A stretch of 64,000 bases of DNA from Hemiscyllium ocellatum (taxonomy: Eukaryota), in contig NW_026867487.1 of the NCBI RefSeq assembly GCF_020745735.1, positions 3,720,001 to 3,784,000 on the forward strand. Direction: 5' to 3'. Positions within the stretch are counted from its first letter, which is position 1. The number at the start of each line of letters is the position of its first letter. Shown here piece after piece: positions 61,262 to 64,000 of this stretch. Below the pieces are notes generated by a model, which searched no databases, was not told where the DNA came from, and was given only the letters and a program-made list of their open reading frames with translations. The position numbers and the translations under genes were made by a program.

Positions 61262-61728
61262 GCCAGGGTTGGTGAATCTGAGCTACAGGAAGAGGCTGAA
61301 CAGGCTGGGGCTGTTTTCCCAGGAGGTTCAGAGGCTAAGGGAAGACCTTATAGAGGTTTACAAAATTATGAGGGGCATGGATAGGATAAATAGACAAAGT
61401 CTTTTCCCTGGTGTCGGGGAATCCAGAACTAGAGGGCATAGGTCTAGGGTGAGAGGGGAAAGATATAAAAGAGACCAAAGGGGCAACTTTTTCACGCAGA
61501 GGATAGTACGTGTACGGAATGTGCGGCCACAGGATGTGGTGGAGGCTGGTACAATTGCAACATTGAAGAGGCATGTGTATGGGTATATGTATAGGAAGGG
61601 TTTGGAGGCATTTGGGCCGGGTGCTAACAGATAGGGCAAGATTGGGTTGGGCTATTTGGTCGACATGGATGGGTTGGACTGAAGTGTCTGTTTCCATGCT
61701 GTACATCTCCATGACTCTATGACTCTAA
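61262..61728 (+). mobile_element. CR1 LINE 3' fragment with intact tail
   Basis: ORF 61185-61634 reads LSYRKRLNRLGLFS...EDLIEVYKIMRGMDR...RGNFFTQR. Tail GTTTCCATGCTGTACATCTCCATGACTCTATGACTCT. Confidence 0.88.
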
Positions 61729-62139
61729 GTAACAAACATGTTTGTAAACAGATAATGCGGATTTACACAAAGTGACTGATGGTGAAATTATTAAACCCTC
61801 GTACCCTGTTAATATTGAGATTCATCCTGAATCTCTCTGATTGGCGCAATGATATAAGAATCAGTGACCAACGCCTGAACGCTAATTTTGCTTTTATTCT
61901 CCATTTCTACGAATCAGAGTGGCAAAAAAGAAATTGTCTTCTTAACATTGCCATGTGGGAACTGAATCGGGTAATGGGAGATAGCTCATACCATGCAAGT
62001 ATTGTTGGTTAATTCCCCCATTAATGAATCTCCAGAATTAAATTTAGATTCTCCTATCGCTAAAAGAAAGCAGAGTGTGGATGACGATTGTCATTGCATG
62101 AGTTTAAACGTAGCGGCGTGATTGTTCGACGTGGAGGAC

Positions 62140-62460
62140 AGGCAGTCAGTGGTGATAGTGTTTTAGTCTTAGAACTAGACTATTAATCTAGTGACCCAGG
62201 CAATGATCTAGTGACTGAGGTTCGAATCCAATCACGATATAATAAGGATCTGCAGTTAAGAAGCTAATGATGAACATGAAACATTGCTGACTGCCAGGAA
62301 AAAAAAGACCTGGCATGGTAACGTTGTTGCTTGGAGGGAACTGTTGTTCTAACTTGGTCAGATCTAAACGTGACTTCCAGCAGCAACAACGTTGTTGTCT
62401 CTTAGCATTGGGCAACTGCGGACGGGGAATGATATCCACGTACGCTGAATGAATTTTGTT
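62140..62460 (+). mobile_element. Decayed tRNA-derived SINE of a second family
   Basis: Perfect B box GGTTCGAATCC at 62219-29 preceded by a CAGTGGT A-box remnant. Its body differs from the HE1-like copies. Confidence 0.55.
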
Positions 62461-62989
62461 TTAAAAAGGCAAATACCTCCGACAGCATAAATGAAGTTGC
62501 ATCAGACAGAGCAGCTGGAGAAGACTGGCAGTTTGTGAGCAGCATATCAAAGAAGATACCTATATGGAGGGCTGATGTTGAAACAAAAGTGCACTTTGGT
62601 GTTGAAGAAGTTTATAAACTGGTAATTAGTGCTCGTAATTGAGGTGGGTGTCTTGTTTGTTCGGTGCATTTTTTTTTTGATAATATACTTAAATAGTCCA
62701 AACAGAGAAGTGGTCATATTGGACCTGTTTTGCGGATTAAAGTCGAACAAGGTTTGGACGATTCAGTGGGTAAGCACTTCAGGAACAAAGACCATAATTC
62801 TGTTTTTAATTAGTTTTAATTTTCTGACCATTAAAGATAAGAAAGCTTTCGGATGCAGCTCTTAAACGGTGGAAACTAACGACCACAAGTCAGGCAAGAT
62901 CAGGGGAATTTAGGTTCAGTCATTTGTTTTGAACCTAAATGCATATCTGGCATTCAGCAATATTGGAAATGCCTGTTAATTAGGCCAGC

Positions 62990-63400
62990 ATGTTTCTGTG
63001 AAAATGAAAGCTAAGGGTGGGAAAAGTAAGGAAGCTTGGATGGACCAGGTGAAATTGAGAGCTATATGCATAAAGGCAAAAAAAAGGCATACATAAATTT
63101 CAATAAACTAAAGAAGTACATGTTTCTTTAATAATACAAGCAAAAAAGGAAAGAATTCAAGTAAGGACAGAGAAGGGAGGAGATGATCTACAAAATGTAT
63201 CAGTCAAACAGAATTAAGAAAAGTTGCATGGCATGTGAAACATATATAAAGGTGAAGAGGCCAACTTTGGTAAGGGTATGTACAATCAGGGATAAAGGAG
63301 GGAATTTTTGCACGGAGCAAGAGGGGGTGGGGAAGTGCTTAATTAAAACTTTCCTTCAGTATTCATACAAAAGAAGGAAATTATTGTGCAAAAAAACAGT
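62990..63400 (+). mobile_element. Decayed CR1 ORF2 linker fragment
   Basis: Purine-rich KR-coding stretch with ACAATCAGGGATAAAGGAGGGAAT (IRDKGGN). Confidence 0.45.
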
Positions 63401-63529
63401 GATTCGAACGTTTACATAGGTAGTCATCTCATGTGGGACCTGACAAAAGGAACTGACTCAGACTTTACTGAAATAAGCCGTTGCTCATTTTGACTCCTCC
63501 GTATAATACTCAACATAAAACACATATTC

Positions 63530-63990
63530 ATTGCAATACTTGCATCTCCCTTGACCTAACTTAACTTCAACTTTACATCATTTCTTATAACGGTACTTCA
63601 CATTAATGAATTCACATTTAACTCTATCTCTTACTTTAACTCTAAAAGTTTCATTTGGCTCAAATGCCGTCCCCATATGAGTGATGGTTCCAACTTTGCT
63701 TTCATGGTATGTTCTGAATCTTTGCTCTTTTCCCCTTCTGAAATTATGTTCAGGGCATGTGCTTCTCAAATGTTGGCTTGAAGCCTGTTCCCCACAATTC
63801 TTTGTTCCATGTGTTTTATCACAAAATTTGACTCGGTCTCCAGAGTTTTCTATGTTGATGACCCTATGAACTGATTGACGCTCAATCACATTGTTCCATC
63901 GCAGCAAATGGAGTTGTTCTGGGAAACAGCTCTCTAGCGTTTACAGAAAGTCATAAACAGCCACAATCTGTGCTCTTTCTAAGGTCATAT
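63530..63990 (-). mobile_element. Decayed CR1 endonuclease-region fragment
   Basis: Minus-strand remnants resemble the CR1 APE-domain end (KV.EPLG.SDHN.IEF region). Weak. Confidence 0.4.
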
Positions 63991-64000
63991 GGTGTCAGTC

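Noticed and set aside
1-64000. CRISPR arrays, rRNA operons, bacterial-type operons, D/J/C segments
   Set aside because: None seen. The sequence is intron- and retroelement-rich vertebrate DNA, and no 12-RSS or FGxG J segment was found by eye.

Overview
Eukaryotic, repeat-rich genomic DNA from a cartilaginous fish, most likely a carpet/bamboo shark (inferred from the SINE and CR1 tail types). There are no rRNA, tRNA or CRISPR features. The host genes are antigen-receptor V segments interleaved with a small GPCR cluster. (1) An intact T-cell-receptor alpha/delta-type V segment lies on + (leader 15746-15803, V exon 15990-16253, 23-bp RSS 16254-16292). (2) A frameshifted TCR V pseudogene lies on - (60763-61157); the ORF track shows only a fragment of it. 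(3) Three paralogous class A GPCRs of the GPR139/GPR142-like type lie between them. Each has a hidden 70-nt first exon and a phase-1 intron in TM1: join(17928-17997,19581-20479) +, complement(join(33790-34760,35970-36039)), and join(42857-42926,47942-48855) +. All three GPCR genes share a proximal promoter module (forkhead-like site, AATTA..CCTCTKGAGA, exactly 10 nt, AATAAA, 71-77 nt to ATG). The rest is mostly decayed mobile DNA: CR1, L2 and Rex/Babar LINEs, tRNA-derived SINEs, Penelope-like (GIY-YIG) elements whose tails carry minimal hammerhead ribozymes (two with intact cores), a Gmr1-like Gypsy remnant split by a solo LTR, and microsatellites. Repeat boundaries are approximate. Gene, RSS, promoter-motif and ribozyme coordinates were read base by base. 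Family assignments rest on motif recognition, not database searches.
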